NCBI RefSeq assembly: GCF_036321535.1
Contig: NC_087437.1
Location: forward strand, 121,832,001-121,896,000
Reading direction: 5' to 3'
Origin: Camelus dromedarius
Taxonomy: Eukaryota
Length of the DNA: 64,000 nucleotides
The translations under genes were made by a program, and so were the position numbers. The number at the start of each line of letters is the position of its first letter. The stretch's first letter is position 1. Below the pieces are notes generated by a model. The model saw only the letters and a program-made list of their open reading frames with translations, ran no database searches and was not told where the DNA came from. This document shows, piece after piece, positions 35,170-48,512 of this stretch.

Positions 35170-35585
35170 CCCCTGGGCCTGCACAGACGTGGCGGTGTGC
35201 ACCAACATGGTGTCATTCTCTCACACTCTGGAGGCCAGGGGTCTGAAATCAGTCACTGGGCCAAAATCAAGGTGTCAGCAGGGCTGAGCTGCCCCCAAAG
35301 GCCCTGAGCTCTTCCAGGTCCGGGCGGGTCCCCGGCTCCATTAGCTTGTGGCCGCGTTGCAGGGCCCGGCCCCGAGGCCTCCCCAGCCCCTCCGTCAGTG
35401 GAAAGAGCTCCCTGGGCTGCTCTCTTACAAGGACACTGGGCACGTGGGGCCCACTTGCTTACCCAGGACAGCCTCTCGTCGTGAGATCGTTAATGTAATC
35501 CCGCCCACAAAGCCCTTTTCCCACACAGGGTCACACTTGCAAGTCTGGGGAAGTGGACAGCTGTGAGGGGCCAACCTTCAGTGCT
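35170..35585 (-). mobile_element. MaLR LTR (MLT1D-like)
   Basis: 'attctctcacactctggaggccaggggtctgaaatcag...aaaatcaaggtgtcagcagggctg...cttacaaggacac'. Confidence 0.75.
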
Positions 35586-35879
35586 TCGGTCCAGCAGTTT
35601 TCAGTGGAGTGACCGAGACACAGCAAACCTTTCCCTCTTGGGGCAGAAAAGACACCGTAATCCCAGAAGCGTCCTTGCTACTTCCAGGTCTGTGAGTGGC
35701 CTGGTTCCATGCATTTCCATGAAACCACCTTCCCCTCCGGCCTGCTTCTCCCAGCCCTGCTCCCTGCAGCTCCGCTGTCAGTGTGATTACATCTCCCTTT
35801 CATTTCATCTAATTTGTTTGAAACTTTAGACTCAGCATGTGAGTCCTGGGAGGCCCCTAAATGTCACCTCTTCTGGAGA

Positions 35880-35935
35880 TGCCGTCTTACAGACGGGGAC
35901 ACCGAAGCCTGGGCGGGTCACCTGACTTGTCCCTG
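35880..35935. mobile_element. MIR core fragment, GC-drifted
   Basis: cttacagacggggacaccgaagcctggg...tgacttgtcc resembles MIR tttacagatgaggaaactgaggc...tgacttgccc. Confidence 0.5.
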
Positions 35936-35955
35936 CCTCGCGGGCAGCCCGGCAA

Positions 35956-36017
35956 GTCCCCGCACGTTCCCGTATGATGTTCCCGCACGTTCCTGCACGT
36001 TCTCGCATGTTCCGGAC
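35956..36017. repeat. 10-bp minisatellite (GTTCCCGCAC), about 6 imperfect copies
   Basis: Units read directly: gtccccgcac, gttcccgtat, gttcccgcac, gttcctgcac, gttctcgcat, gttccggac. Confidence 0.8.
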
Positions 36018-38224
36018 GCTGTCGGAAACGCGTAGGATCTCCCCCAACTCGCGCCCACAGCTTCTATCCTGGAAGGAGATCAGGAGAGTAGTGAAGGGGG
36101 GCACGTGGGCTGTGACAGAGACTAAAGCAGGACGTGGATCGACGTCTCCCGTGCAGAGGGGGAAACTGGGGCTCACAGCCATGCCTGGGCCTTGCCACCA
36201 GAGGTGGTGGTGACACGGGGACCTCGCTGCCCTGGGGCCGCTGCCCCGTCTCCGGAGAAGGGGGAGGAGCCGGTCAGGGGCTCCTAAGGCCCAGCCCCTC
36301 CCCGCTCTGTGGACTGACTCAGACCCGTGGTTCCACACACCTAACAAAACGGCGCCCTCACCTTTGAGAGGTAAGCGCTGTCACCGCCGAGCAGGCCACG
36401 AGCCGATGTCGATGTCGGCTGGAGGGGCCGTCTGGGCTGCATCAGGGCCTCGGTGGCCCCACCCCCACAGCCCTGCGCTTCATTACTTAACTTCTCACGT
36501 AAGCAGGTCACTCGGAGGGGTACGGATTTTCTGCGACTCGGGAAATAAACATCTTTGCTCTGCAAAGCCGCTCTCAGGCAGAGTACATGCCGGGCAGCTT
36601 AGGAGGAGAAATACGCTTAAGCCAAAGACTGTAGTTTCAAGTGACAGGCAGCTGGCGCAGGATGTGCTGTGTTTCCAGAACCGACGGTTTAATCCGGAGG
36701 CCCCCCCCCATCCCCATCCCCATGGCATAAATTCCCAGGAAGGATCAGTCAAAATCCTCATCAAAATCACGTGCAGGTTTCTCCCCCTTGAACATTTTAA
36801 TGTGAAATTTTGTCCCAAAGTAAGTGTCGTTCGTCATCATAAACAAGGCACAGAGTGGCAGGACCCCCAGGGCCGCGGGCCTGCAGCTTCTGCTGACATG
36901 ACTTGTTTAACGGGCTCTCAGGACTGAGGTCCTCTGGGGGACGGTCCCTCGTCCTGGGGCCGGACGCCTGCCTGCTGCTGCGATGCTGAGCTGTTAATCC
37001 CAGTGCTTATGGGGGCCTGTCCTGGCTTTGGGCTGATTAAAATTCTGCCTTAACAGCAGTTTAAAGGCACAGGCACCATCGACAGTGTTTGCCCGTGTTG
37101 CTGTTTCTTCTGTTTCAAGGAAGATACAGGGATGGGCCGCCTGCCTGCAATGAGGTCCTCGGGCAGGTTGGGGCAGGGCTGGGCGGACGGACCCAGCAGC
37201 TCCTCTCCTGAGGCAGCGAGGTCTCCAACTTTGCACACTTGACTCTCTGATACCCCTCCCTCCTTGCCCACAGTGGGAGGGCAGCCCGCATCCCCATGCT
37301 CGGGTCCCGGCCTCCTTGCTGGCTGCAGGAGCCACTCTGGTATCAGCTGGGTCAACAGAAGTAGCATCCATGCTCATTTCCCCAGTTCCCCCGGCTCTCC
37401 TGACAAGTGGGATGCACACAGCTGGACGCTAACCTATGGGTCCAGCTCCTTTACGGGCACTGAGACTCAGGGCCAGTGTCTGCTAGTCAGCACAGAGCCA
37501 ATCCCCTAGACACTTAGAGGTTAAAGCAGCAGCAGTCATGTCGCGTTGTCTGTTTGGGCTCCTCTGGGCAGCTGGCCCTCGTCTGCTCTCGGATGATGTC
37601 TGGGGACCACTGAAGGCTTGCTCACGTCTGGGTCTGGTGCCTAGGTTGGAAGGAGTCCACAGCCGGGCTCCACAGGGCCTCTCGCTGTGTCCGCGCGTCT
37701 CTGCACGTGGCCTCCTCAGCACAGTGGCTTCATGCTTGGTCCTTGGTGCCTTGGGGCTCCAGGGCAGGTGGTCCAAGAGAGACAGAGAGGGGAGAGCTGA
37801 ATTGTCCCTTCCGGCCTGGCCTCAGACGTCACACAGCATCACACACAGCACGTGTGAACAGGCGTCCACAGGAGTCCACTCCGGGCCCAGAGGAGTGGAC
37901 ACGGGTGTCACTTCGTGGGCGAGCAGCACGTTCTGGAAGAACTCTCGGGCAGGAGAGCTGGGGGCGTGCGCTGGGTGGGGGCCGCGGTCGGGAGCGCTGG
38001 CGGGTTCCCACCACGCACCCTCCTGAGAGCGGCAGCCCCTGCTGCCCCGACCCAGCGCCGGCACCAGTTTCACATCCGCGATTCAACCAATTCTCACCAG
38101 CCCGTAGGCGGCTGTCATCCATGAGAAGCTCTTGGCATTTTGCTCTCTGCTGCTCCAGTTTTCCTCTTGGCATTTTGCGTATTTTTAAACTATTTAAATT
38201 AAAAAAAATCTTTTACTCTGATAA

Positions 38225-39200
38225 GTGATCCTAAAACTTAAAAAAAAATTTTAAGTTTCATTTATTTATTTTTTGTCTTTGTTTTGGGGGGAGGTAATTA
38301 GGTGATTTATCTACTTATTTATTTTAATGGAGGTACTGGGGGTTGAACCCAGGACCTTGTGCCTGCTAAGCACACGCTCTGGTCCTAAAACTGTTTTAAT
38401 CACCCACCGATCAGTAAAAAGCATCTGAACAAATTCTCCCAAATGTATGTAATCAAATTAAAAATATGTACATGATTAACTATACTAAAATATTAAATAC
38501 TGTATACAACATATACTAAAATGAGAAAGGATGAAATAAAATGAAATAAGAAATATTTGAAAATGTTCATTATTAGAAACATTTTGCACTCAATTTAACA
38601 CTATTACTAATTTAAGGAATAATTGTGCTGTTCAGTGTGAGTGAAGACGCCTGTCACTTCTAACACGTTGGTCCTGCTTGCCATGAAAGTCATGAAAGGG
38701 CTTCTTCCAATACTCAATGCTTCCAAGAACTAAAGAGGACACCTCCCAAAATGTGCAAATTGAAATTTAAAAAAAGCATCGTCAGCTGCACTGGTGGAAT
38801 CACAACACCGTTTGCTTCAGTCCATCCACCAGCTATGAAATGCCTTTGGTGAGATTCATCTGGTAAATTTCCATCTTTCGTGATCATGGTTCTTGCAAAC
38901 TAACCAAAATTACATTGGTATATTTTTAACAAAAGGATTCAAAGCTCACTGAAAGCTTTTATTTGAAAAACCTTTTTTTTAAACATTAGAAAAAATGTTT
39001 CTACATTTTAAAAACAGGTAAGTATGAGAACTGTTACAAGTGATGAGTTCAATAGGTTTTGGCCACAGAGTCACATGACATCAAAAACAGTCCAGACACC
39101 AGCGTTCAGAGCACATCACCATTTCTTCAGGGACTGTTGGAAACCTTTTTACCCAGAAGGCACAGAGTACGGGAGCTCTTCTGATTTTGTTGAAAATGCT
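38225..39200 (-). mobile_element. hAT/Charlie DNA transposon fossil (transposase C-terminal region and terminus)
   Basis: Minus-strand frameshifted peptides FQ*ALNPFVKNI, SLQE, ITKDGNL, FHSWWM and TSAADDAF follow the order of the Charlie/Buster-type C-terminal dimerisation region; AT-rich island; terminus-like agtgatcctaaaact at ~38225. Confidence 0.65.
38239..38380 (-). mobile_element. 5'-truncated camelid-type SINE with target-site duplication
   Basis: ggaggtaattagg...ggaggtactgggggttgaacccaggaccttgtgcctgctaagca is the reverse of the SINE at 29671; TCCTAAAACT repeated at 38229-38238 and 38383-38392. Confidence 0.9.
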
Positions 39201-40519
39201 CGGCAGACCCAGCTCCCAGCCTGCTTAGCCGAGGGGCCGTTCAGCCAGTGGGAGTGGCGTGGGTCGGCAGCCCCTTCCTCGGGCTTGCGTTGTTAGTGCT
39301 GCCGCCCGGCTGGGTGTGCACGTGTGTGCGCAGGTGTGCGTGTGCGCACCTGCTAAAGCACTTGCGCTGTGTGAGGGACAGCTGTTAGAGGGAGACGGCG
39401 TCGCCTGCACCCATAAAGCTACACCCCCGGGCCCAGCTCGCCGGGAATGTGGCCCCACTCTGCTTCTCCCTGCAGAACCGGACGTCTGGGGGCCAAAGGG
39501 ATGCTTCCACCCAGATCCTGCACCCCTGCCTCGTGGGACCACCCTGGAGCCCCGCACCCTGGAGTCCTCTGCCGACTTCCTAGAGGACTTCCCTGGGACA
39601 GACCCAGGCGCCAGTGCGTCCCGGGCAGCGGGGAAAGGGGCGGGGCTTCCTAAGCGAGGTGGACAGAACTTGGCTGAGCAGGCTGGGCCATCTGCGCCCA
39701 GTATGGGACGGTGCTGGGGACGGGAAAGGGAGAAGAGGCTCAAGGTGGCAGGGGTGGGCCTGTTGCAACCATTCCCACCGCAGCTGGAGAAGCTCAGGGA
39801 CTAGAGCATGAGCTCCTGGCTCCTTCGTGCCCCCCACCGCCGTGGACAGAGCCTGGAGGTAACGCCAGCTGGTAGGGAGCAGCTGGCCTCCTGCCCCGCC
39901 CCCCGGGCTGTGGCCTGGGCAGCACAGACCAGGCGGGCGGGGGGCGGCCTGCGGTGGGGGTGGCAGTCAGCACGCGGCCTGGGGACGGCCTCTCATCCTT
40001 GTGGGGCCGGGTCAGGAGACATTCCCAGGGTTCCTCCTGCACCTGGGGGGTGACTTGGGGTGTCCCCCCTGCCCACACCTCACTGGGAAGCCCACAGCCC
40101 TGCTGTCCTACCTCCATCTTCCAGTCAAATCCCCCAAATTAGTCGCTATGTGGTTTATTTTACAGCCAAGTTTCGGGGCTTCGTTTACTGCTGCTTCTTG
40201 GTCTCACGTCCTTCTTTTGGACTCAGTGTTCTCGTCACTGGGCTGCAGCCCTTAGCAGTGGCTCTGGGACAGTCTGTGACTCTCCTTTGGTCTCTGTGGG
40301 CCTGAGAGGCCCTGGCCTCCTGCTGAGCGAGCACGCTGCCCAGCCCCTCGGCTCCCCTTGTCCCCCACTGCTGCGCCCGATGGCTCACCCAGCCATCTCA
40401 GGTTGCCCCTCCCTCTCTAGTCACCTCTGAGGCTTCTCTTCCTTGGGGAATTCTGAGCTCTGATTTTGCTCAAGTCCCAGAACGCCACTCCCGTCCTTTT
40501 CCAATCTTTAGTTATTTCG

Positions 40520-40866
40520 CTTATAGTCTGAATTGTGTCCCCAAATTCATACGCTGAAGACCCAACTCCCAGAACCTCAGAATGGGACTGTGTTTGGAGA
40601 CAAGGTCTTTAAGGAGGTAATTCAGGAACAATGAGGCCATTAGGATGGGCCATAGTCCAAAGAGACAGAAGAAGAAATCAGGACACAGATGTGCACGGGG
40701 GCCGACCACGTGGGGACACGGGGAAGACGGCTGTCTGCATACCCAGGAGAGGGGCCTTGGGAGGGGACAACCCTCCTGACACATGTGCCTCAGACGTCCA
40801 GCTCCAGGACTGTGACAGCATGAACGCTTGTGGTACCGTGTTACCATGGCTGAGCTGACCAAGACG
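40520..40866 (+). mobile_element. MaLR solo LTR (MLT1A0-like)
   Basis: 'tgaattgtgtccccaaattcat...gtttggagacaaggtctttaaggaggtaatt...gagctgaccaagac'. Confidence 0.8.
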
Positions 40867-43800
40867 TCTTCCATTCTGGAAAATTCTTGGTCATTTTCTC
40901 TTTGAACGTTGCCTCTCTCTCATTCCTTCCTTCCTGTCCACAGTGGGTTGTATCGTCCTGTTCCTGGTGGTGGCAGCAAACTGGACCTTCACAGCATCCG
41001 GGCCCAGCACCCCACCTGCACAACAAGTCCATCCTCTGCTTGCTTGTCCACTGGCCCGAGAAGCCCAGAGTGGCCAGAGTGGCAGTCATGCTTCTCGTCC
41101 AGTGGAGACGCTGGCGGGAGCATGCCCTGGCCCCGACCTGGGAATCAGGACTCCTCACCCAGCAGTGACAGGAGGCACTAAGCGTGTGAGTGGCCCACCG
41201 GGGGTCATGGGGAGAGGGGCCCATGCCCCAGACGCATGGTTCCTGGGGACTGTATTCAAGGTACAGGGTCCCAGCATGGTTTACTGACCATTGTGCCTGC
41301 ACAAGTCCTGCAACTAGAGGCCGGTGACTGAGTCCTGCAGGGTCTGGCCCGGAGCTGGCATCTTGGCTGAGCCGTGAGCCTGCCTTTCTGTCACTCTCAT
41401 CAGGATGGCTGCTTCTGGGTGATGGGCATGTGGTAACAGCAGAGAATTCGGGGTCCTGGGCCAACTTTCATGACTTCTTTCTCCAGAGATTGGCCTTGTG
41501 GTGCAAGATGACGCCACGTGAAACACCGTTCTGACTGTCCAGGGCAGCAGGATCGGCCATGCAGAATCTGAGGCTTAGCAGCACGTGTCACTGTGGGTGA
41601 CGGTCAGAGGCGCAGTCGCACGCTGGCTGAAGCGCTGGGGCAGCTGGGGCTGCGGGGCCTATTTCCCCCGCCTCCCCGTGGGCGAGCCTGGCATCGCACA
41701 GCGCTGCGGCCCCAGGCCGGCTTCCCCTGAGCAAGCGTTCTAAAACAGAAGAACTAGAAGCCACTGCAGACCTAGCGCCAGAAGCGGGCACAGAGTCACT
41801 CCTGTCACTCCTTGTTTGTCCAGAGACCTACCCAGTTCAAGGAGAAGGCACGCAGACCTCACCTTTTGACAGGAGGAGGGTCAGAGGACTGGTGGCCCCT
41901 TCGATCTCCCATAGACAGGACTGGGAATCCTGTGAGCCCTGGACAGGGTGCCGGAAGCCACCATGAGGACAAGGGAGGAAACCCACCCCCAGGGAGCATC
42001 GCTGCTGACACACCAGTGTGGAAGGGCCGTCGCTCTCTCCTCCAAGGTGGAAGGCGCTGCCGGAGCTCGTCTGCCTCCATGAAGCTGGCAGATGTCCCCA
42101 GAGGGCAGAGCCACATTGGGAGCTGGCTGGTCTGTGCCACTGGCAGGCTGGACACTTGGCGGCCACGTCACTGGACCAGACATGATGAGGGACCTTGCAT
42201 GGCTTTCACTCCCTTCCGATGGCCCTCTGTCGTGGGATAGCAGCCTAAGCAGCGGGCGAGCTGAGGGCAGAGCTGGCTGAGACCCTCGGAGGAGTCGTCA
42301 CCCACCTAGTTGTTGGTCCTCCCGTGGCAGGAGACGCGTTCTGGCGTGTATCCATGCAAAGCACAAGGATGCCTGTGCACCAGGCCCTAATTCTTGGGGC
42401 CACCCGCAGTGTCCTGGATCGACACCCCAAGCCATCCGTGTTTGCCTCGAGTCTGTGCCTGTCCCTACCTCATGGCACCTGCCATTGCACGTAAACGGAA
42501 TGGCTAGTGTTGCACTCATAGTTTGTCCACTGGGAGGACCTCCCCTCACCACCTCTCAGGCCACCCAGAGGCGTCCCCACATCTACCTGGCGCCAACATA
42601 TTCTGCTGGCCTGTTTGCATTCAGGCTGGAGTTTCCTCTCCTGTCATTCACCGTCGAGAACCGCTGGGAGACTGTGGGTGTCAGTGGAGGGAGAGGCAGT
42701 GGGGTGTGGAGGCAGATGACGTGGGGTCTAGACCTCGAGGCTCCCTTGAGCCCCCGGAATGTGCTCAGGCCTGGCCCCCAGGGACCATCTGCTCTGGGTG
42801 GAGGCTCCTGCACTCATCTGCCTGCGACTCCGCAGCTCTGATGGCCTGAAGCTCACACCTTCCGTTCAGCACGGCACCACCTTCTGCAAAGAGCTTTGCA
42901 AACACAATGTCAAGTCTCTTCCCTCGTCACCCGGATCACCACCTCCACGTCCCACGTGCCTGTGCCATCCTGTCTGTCTGGGAGCCCAGGGATGGCAGTG
43001 GTGCCGGCAGTGTGGCTTCACACCGCATTCTTGTGGTTTGGGCACGGCCAGCTCTCGAGCCCAGCACGTGCCATCGCTGACCCCATGCGAGGGGTCAGTG
43101 ACCAGAAAGAGACAGAGCAGTGACAGCAGCACCTTCGTGCCCACAGGGACACCCGCTGGTGTCTGCTGAGCTTCAACTGGGGTGGCTCACAAGCTCCTCT
43201 GTGGAGCATTCGTGCAGCCAAGCAAGTGTCGGCAGCTCCTCTGGGCCCGTCCAGCCAGGGACAGACAAGAGGGTGGGCCCTGTGCTCTGCCGGCAGGAGC
43301 AGCGGTGTGGGAAGGGCTGACATGCTGAGCAGTCCTCTGAGTCCTCCAGGGAGCCGCCCTCGGCCCTTGTGTCCGAGGCTCTCAGCACCCTGGCTCTGGG
43401 CCTGGCACATGAAAGCAGAGACCCCTCCACCTCCACCCCCAACCCCGGAGCTGGAACCCGAGGCGGAGGTGGGAAAGGAGACATGCCTGGCTGACTAGGA
43501 TTTAGGATTCTCCTCGGCAGGAAGCAAGAGTGATGGGGGAGAGGCCACCTGCCATGAGCCGGGTCACCAAGCGTGGCTCAGGGAGGGACGGTCCTCGGGC
43601 TTGCCTGGACGAGGGCTTGCAGGAGGAAGGGACCTGCCTTTGCAACGTGCCTGCTTGGCAGACTGTCTGCGGCTCTGGTCCTGTTCCCATGGCCTAGTGT
43701 GGGCCCCGCTGTTCATCTTGGGGGCCCACAGAGACAGTGAGAGAGACGGAGGGTGCAACAGAGACAGCTGGTCACCCATGAGACCTGGGATGATTTCCTG

Positions 43801-44707
43801 GTCACCTTGCCTTTGTTTGTGGGTTTGCAGACCCTCAGCGCCTCACTCCCCCTCCCCCACCGTTGGCAGGTAATTGGGGGAGGGGCTACACAGACCCCCT
43901 CTGGGAACCAGGTCAGTTTATGGTCTCCGCACAACAAGGGTTTTTCCCCCATTAATATAATTTTTAGTGGTAATTTCTCAACACTAACATTCTTGAACTT
44001 TCACCTTAAAACTCGTCAGAGGTCCTGAAGGGCAGGCATCAAAGACCAATAAAGCGGAAGGCGGTGCGAGTGGAAGACGAGGGCAGGGAGCGTCCTCAGA
44101 AGGCTGGGGCCCACACACAGAGGGGCTGGGGTCAGGCCTGCCCCCTCGCTCGCTTTCTGCGACAGAATATTCAACTAAACAGGTCTGCATGTTTAGATTT
44201 GTCTCCACTGGTGTTAATTAGAGACGATTATTTATGTGAACAGAGAAGTTTCACGTGAGCCTTAGCAAAAGACGCCGTGGATGAAGAAGGGTCGTTTCCG
44301 ACAGAACCTCAGCAGGACGGAGGGACCGAGGGAGACGCAGCCGGCGGGGATGGGCAGCGGAGCAGTGGAGCCTCTCCTGTGATGCTGAGCCCTGTGTGGG
44401 GGGAGGGAGCGCGCTGGCGGCCAGAACAAGGGGACTTCTCAAGGAGACCTCAGGGCTGGGAGGCGCGGGTGAAGGGGTGGGGTCTGGGCTCTGAAAGTCT
44501 CCCAAAATAAAAAGGCAAGTCTGGATGAACCGTGAAGCCACCGCTGCTCGGGGCAGTGTGTGCAGAGGTGGGGCTTCTTTTCAGGGGCAAAAGGCCAGAT
44601 GTCTCTTGTTGACAGAGCAAAGGAGAAAGAAAAAGTCAGGGTCTCTGCTCTCAGCAGGGGCTGGGGGCGGGGGAGAGGCTGGAGGACCTGGGGGCTGGAG
44701 CTGTTCC

Positions 44708-45032
44708 CCCTCTCTCACTCTCTGTCTCTGTCGCTGTGTCTCGCTCTCTCTGTCTCTCTGTCTCTGTCACTATCTCAGTGTCTCTGTGTCTCTGTGTCTG
44801 TCTGGCTCTGTGTTGCTGTGTCTCGCTCTCTCTGTCTCTCTGTCTGGCTCTGTGTCTGTCTGTCTGTCTGGCTCTGTGTCTGTCTGTCTGTCTGGCTCTG
44901 TGTCTGTCTCAGTGTCTCTCTGTCTCTCTCATGTCTCTGTGACTATCTCAGTGTCTCTCTGCCTGTCTGCCTGTCTCAGTGTCTCTGTCTGTCTGTCTCA
45001 GGGTCTCTCTGTCTGTCTGTCTTTCTGGCTCT
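44708..45032. repeat. Compound (CT/GT/CTGT)n low-complexity tract, ~325 bp
   Basis: Read directly; contains higher-order repeats of tgtctggctctgtgtc. Confidence 0.92.
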
Positions 45033-48000
45033 GCTGGAAGTGGCTCAGTGGCCCCTGAGCCTGCGCTGTCTGAACTGGAGGTGCTGTACAGGGCAGCTGA
45101 GCCTCCCCTGCTCTAGTCTGAAGGGTGCAGGCAGCAGACTCCAGCGCCTGGGGTAGAGGGGGGTGAGGAGAGTGCTGGGTGAGCCCCCAGCCCCATCCAT
45201 GGTGGACTGTGGAGTGCAGCCATGCTTATTTCAAGATAAAACCTGATCTGATGGGCTGGCATGTCCCTGCAGGTGCAAGCAAGACCCCTGCTCACGGCTG
45301 GCGTGTGTGTCCTTTGGGGTTCAGAGCCCCTGGTTCCATGCATGGTCTGAATCCAGCTTCGCAACAGTGGGGTAAATTTTCGTGTCTATGATAAGGACTG
45401 CTATCACTGCCGGCCCCTCATATCCTCAGGGTGGCTGCTGGGCGTTGTAAGGTGTGCCCAGGTATGAGGTGACTGTGGGTCCGGGAGACGCTCAGTAAGC
45501 AGGGCTGCCGTAGGGTGTGGGTCCGCTGACCAGCCCCAAAGAGGCAAGTTTGAGTCCTGGCTGGCTGCGGCCCCCTGCGCTCAAACCCTTCTCTCTCTGT
45601 CTCACTTGGATGCTCCATCCACGCTCACCTCTCCTTCTGGAGCACACTTCCAGCCATCATATCATCTGAGCTGGGGCACCTGAGCTCTGCCTCTGGGCAG
45701 GCTCAACCTCCTCCTGCAGTCACAGACCAGGGACGTGGCTGACGACCACCCGGGAGCTGCTTCTTCAGTAAGGTGGTGGGAGGCACAGGGGCCTCATCAC
45801 ATCAGTCAGATGCTCCAGCAGTGGGGTGGGGTAGGGCAGGTGGCTCTGATGTCACAAGGGGCGCGCCTGCGCCTGCAGCCTGGGCACACCCCGCCCAGGG
45901 CAGCAGGTGCAGGGCGTGTTTTACCTGCTCCCTGATGCCCACCCCATCCCTTGGCTGCCACAGTCACCTCTGCGCTCATAGACCCAGCCTCGCCTTCCCC
46001 GGCAGCTTTTTGTGAGGACAGTGGCGTCTCATAGGAAAGGAGGTGTGGTTCTAAGAAAGAAGGCCTCCTGCCTCAGCATTTTGTGACGGGGATTTTAGCA
46101 GTGACATCCAGGGCTCCACTAGGTAAGCTGTGTCCTTGTGTTTCAGGCTGAGCCCCAGCTCTCCGGTGGCTGGGATGTGTGTGACACTCAGGAAAGCCGA
46201 GTGCTGTGAGACTTCCCAGGGCTTGATCTGACATCATTCCAAGCGGATGATAATTGCACAGCCCCTCCCCTCCCCACTCCCGGGCCCCCAGCAAGACACC
46301 AGGGAGTTATTTATAAACGCGGGTCTCTGGGTGTGCTTCTCAGGGGAAGGAAGGACGGGGCAGTGACAGATCTAGAGGTCTGCCAATGCACATCCAGGGT
46401 ACTGGGCGAGGGGGTGGGGCTCACAAGACACCATGCGTAGAGGGTTGGAGGCAGGGTGGTCCCATTGAGAGGGGAGGAGCCCAGACCTGCTCCAGGCCGA
46501 GCTGCTGTGGTGGGGGGTGGGGGCGCTCCCCTCGGAAGCCTGGCTTTCAGAGATTGGCTACTCTGTGATAAGACACCAGCGGACGTGGATTGCCTTGTGT
46601 GTCAAGGGCGGAGGCACAAGATGAGCTGCTTTTTTCTCTCCAGGGCTGGCAGGAACTGGAAATAATTGGAAGTTGTTAGGGTCCAATGTGCTGTCCCGAA
46701 AACACTATCATTACTTCCTAATGACTAACTGTGTCTCAGGAGGCGATGAAGGCAGCCGAGAGGCCGAGAGCGCCCAGAGAGGATGGAGGAGTGGGCGGCT
46801 GGCAGCCTGTAATCTGGTGAGGGGTGCTGAGGGTGCTCTGCCTCACCCCCACCCCTGCTCTGGCCTCCGGATGGAACGTGACAGGAGCCACCTGCACTGC
46901 TGGGATGGGCTCCCAGGCCCCAGCCTCCGAGACCCTCTTCTTAGGAAGGACTCACCCCAGATGCTGGTAGCATTCCCGCTTCTCCCAGGGCTGATGTGGA
47001 CCCTGCCCACAGCCTTTCTACTCTCCAGTCCCGCCCTTTCTTCGTTAAAGGTTGTCTTTGAATCACACAAGCAACACTTGAGGACAAATGAACCAGCACA
47101 CAGCTGGTCCTGACCCAGCCCTGTGCTCTCACTGATGGCTGCCCTGTGTCTGGTGTGGACAGAGTGTTGGCCAGCTCCGCCTGCTTCTGGGGGCCGGTGG
47201 AGTCCCTTGTGTGCTGTAGTGAGGTGCTATGGTCATTTCTGGTGCTGCCGTAAAAAGAAGGGGTCATAACAGTGACCTGTGAGTGGGTGGGCCTCCTACT
47301 GCCAGGCCACCAGCCCACAAAGGAGTTCACAGAGGAGAGGCCTGGGAAGCGCCACCTGCATTAGTCCAGGGGCAAACGATGCCCATGAGACCATGAGAAG
47401 GACTGCCTGCAGAGAGCAAAGCTGTATCCCAAGCCAGTCCCCAAGCCCTGCCCTGGTGACCTGAGAGCTGGGGGCTGGAGTTCCACCGTCCTGGAGGTGT
47501 CTGGCCACCCAGCTGACCCCTCCTCTTGCCCCAAGGCCTAAGGAGGCTGAGCAAGGCTGAGGGCCGTCCCTGCCCCTCTCCCTCCACTGCCCCGCTGGCA
47601 GATCGGTAGAGGGATCCAGCTATGGGCTGAGAGGGCAACTTCTTAGAACCCCGCCCCGCCCTGCTGCCCGGCCCCACGCCTCGGTGCCTGTGACCTGGCT
47701 CGAGCCTTGAGAAACTGCGCTGCAAGAAACAATTCCACGCTAAGAATAGCCGCAACGCACGGACGGGACACGCAGGTTCCGTGCCTGGAAAATGAGCATA
47801 ATAGAAAAAAACCAAAGCAGAACGCAGTCCAAGAGATAAGGAGAAAGGGTTACGGAACAAAAACACCCTAGACATTCTCGGTCCCCTCCGGTCACCTGCG
47901 GACAGGTGTGCTGACTAGGCACCTGCGAACGTCTATGGACAAGCCCACCGCATCCTGCGGGGCGGGCAGCCGGAGACGGCGGTGGGATTCACGGATTCCA

Positions 48001-48512
48001 CAGCGCTGGAGGGAGAAAGGGCACCTGCTGAGGGATCGGGACAGACTGGGGTCCGGCTCGTGATCGGTGGGACCACGACCATCGCGGGACCCCGTCCTCC
48101 GGGAGAGGCGGGGGCTGGCGCGCATCCTCGCTGGTGCTGGTCTCCTCCGGAGTCCGACCGCCCAGGCCACAACCACGCCCCTGTAGGGACCCGCCCGTTC
48201 CCCACCTGACAACCCTCCCCTTGTCCCCACCTCCTCAGTCCGGAGACCCGCCCCAGGCCACGCCCCCACTGGTGGCCTCACCTTGCCTTGGCCCGCCCCC
48301 CTCCCTGTTCTGGGACCCGCCCCACCCCACCCCTACTTGTGATCCCTCCCTCTTGCCCCGCCCTCGCCCCGCCCCGGCTGGTGACACTCCCGTCCCAGGC
48401 CCCGCCCCATTCCATTGACTTTCCCCTCCCCCTCGGGCATGGGGTTCCGCCCGGCTCTGGCTCCGCCCCCATGGTGACCCACCCAAGGCCCCGCCCCGCC
48501 CCAGCCTCGCTA

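Noticed and set aside
35956..36017. CRISPR-like array
   Set aside because: Contiguous 10-bp units without spacers, in eukaryotic DNA
44525..45156. Hydrophobic Ser/Leu/Cys/Val-rich ORFs
   Set aside because: Translations of the CT/GT repeat
3100..47800. Numerous 60-310 aa ORFs (e.g. 15764-16666, 22175-23092, 26667-27605)
   Set aside because: Overlap in all frames, GC-codon amino-acid bias, no recognisable homology or consistent exon chain
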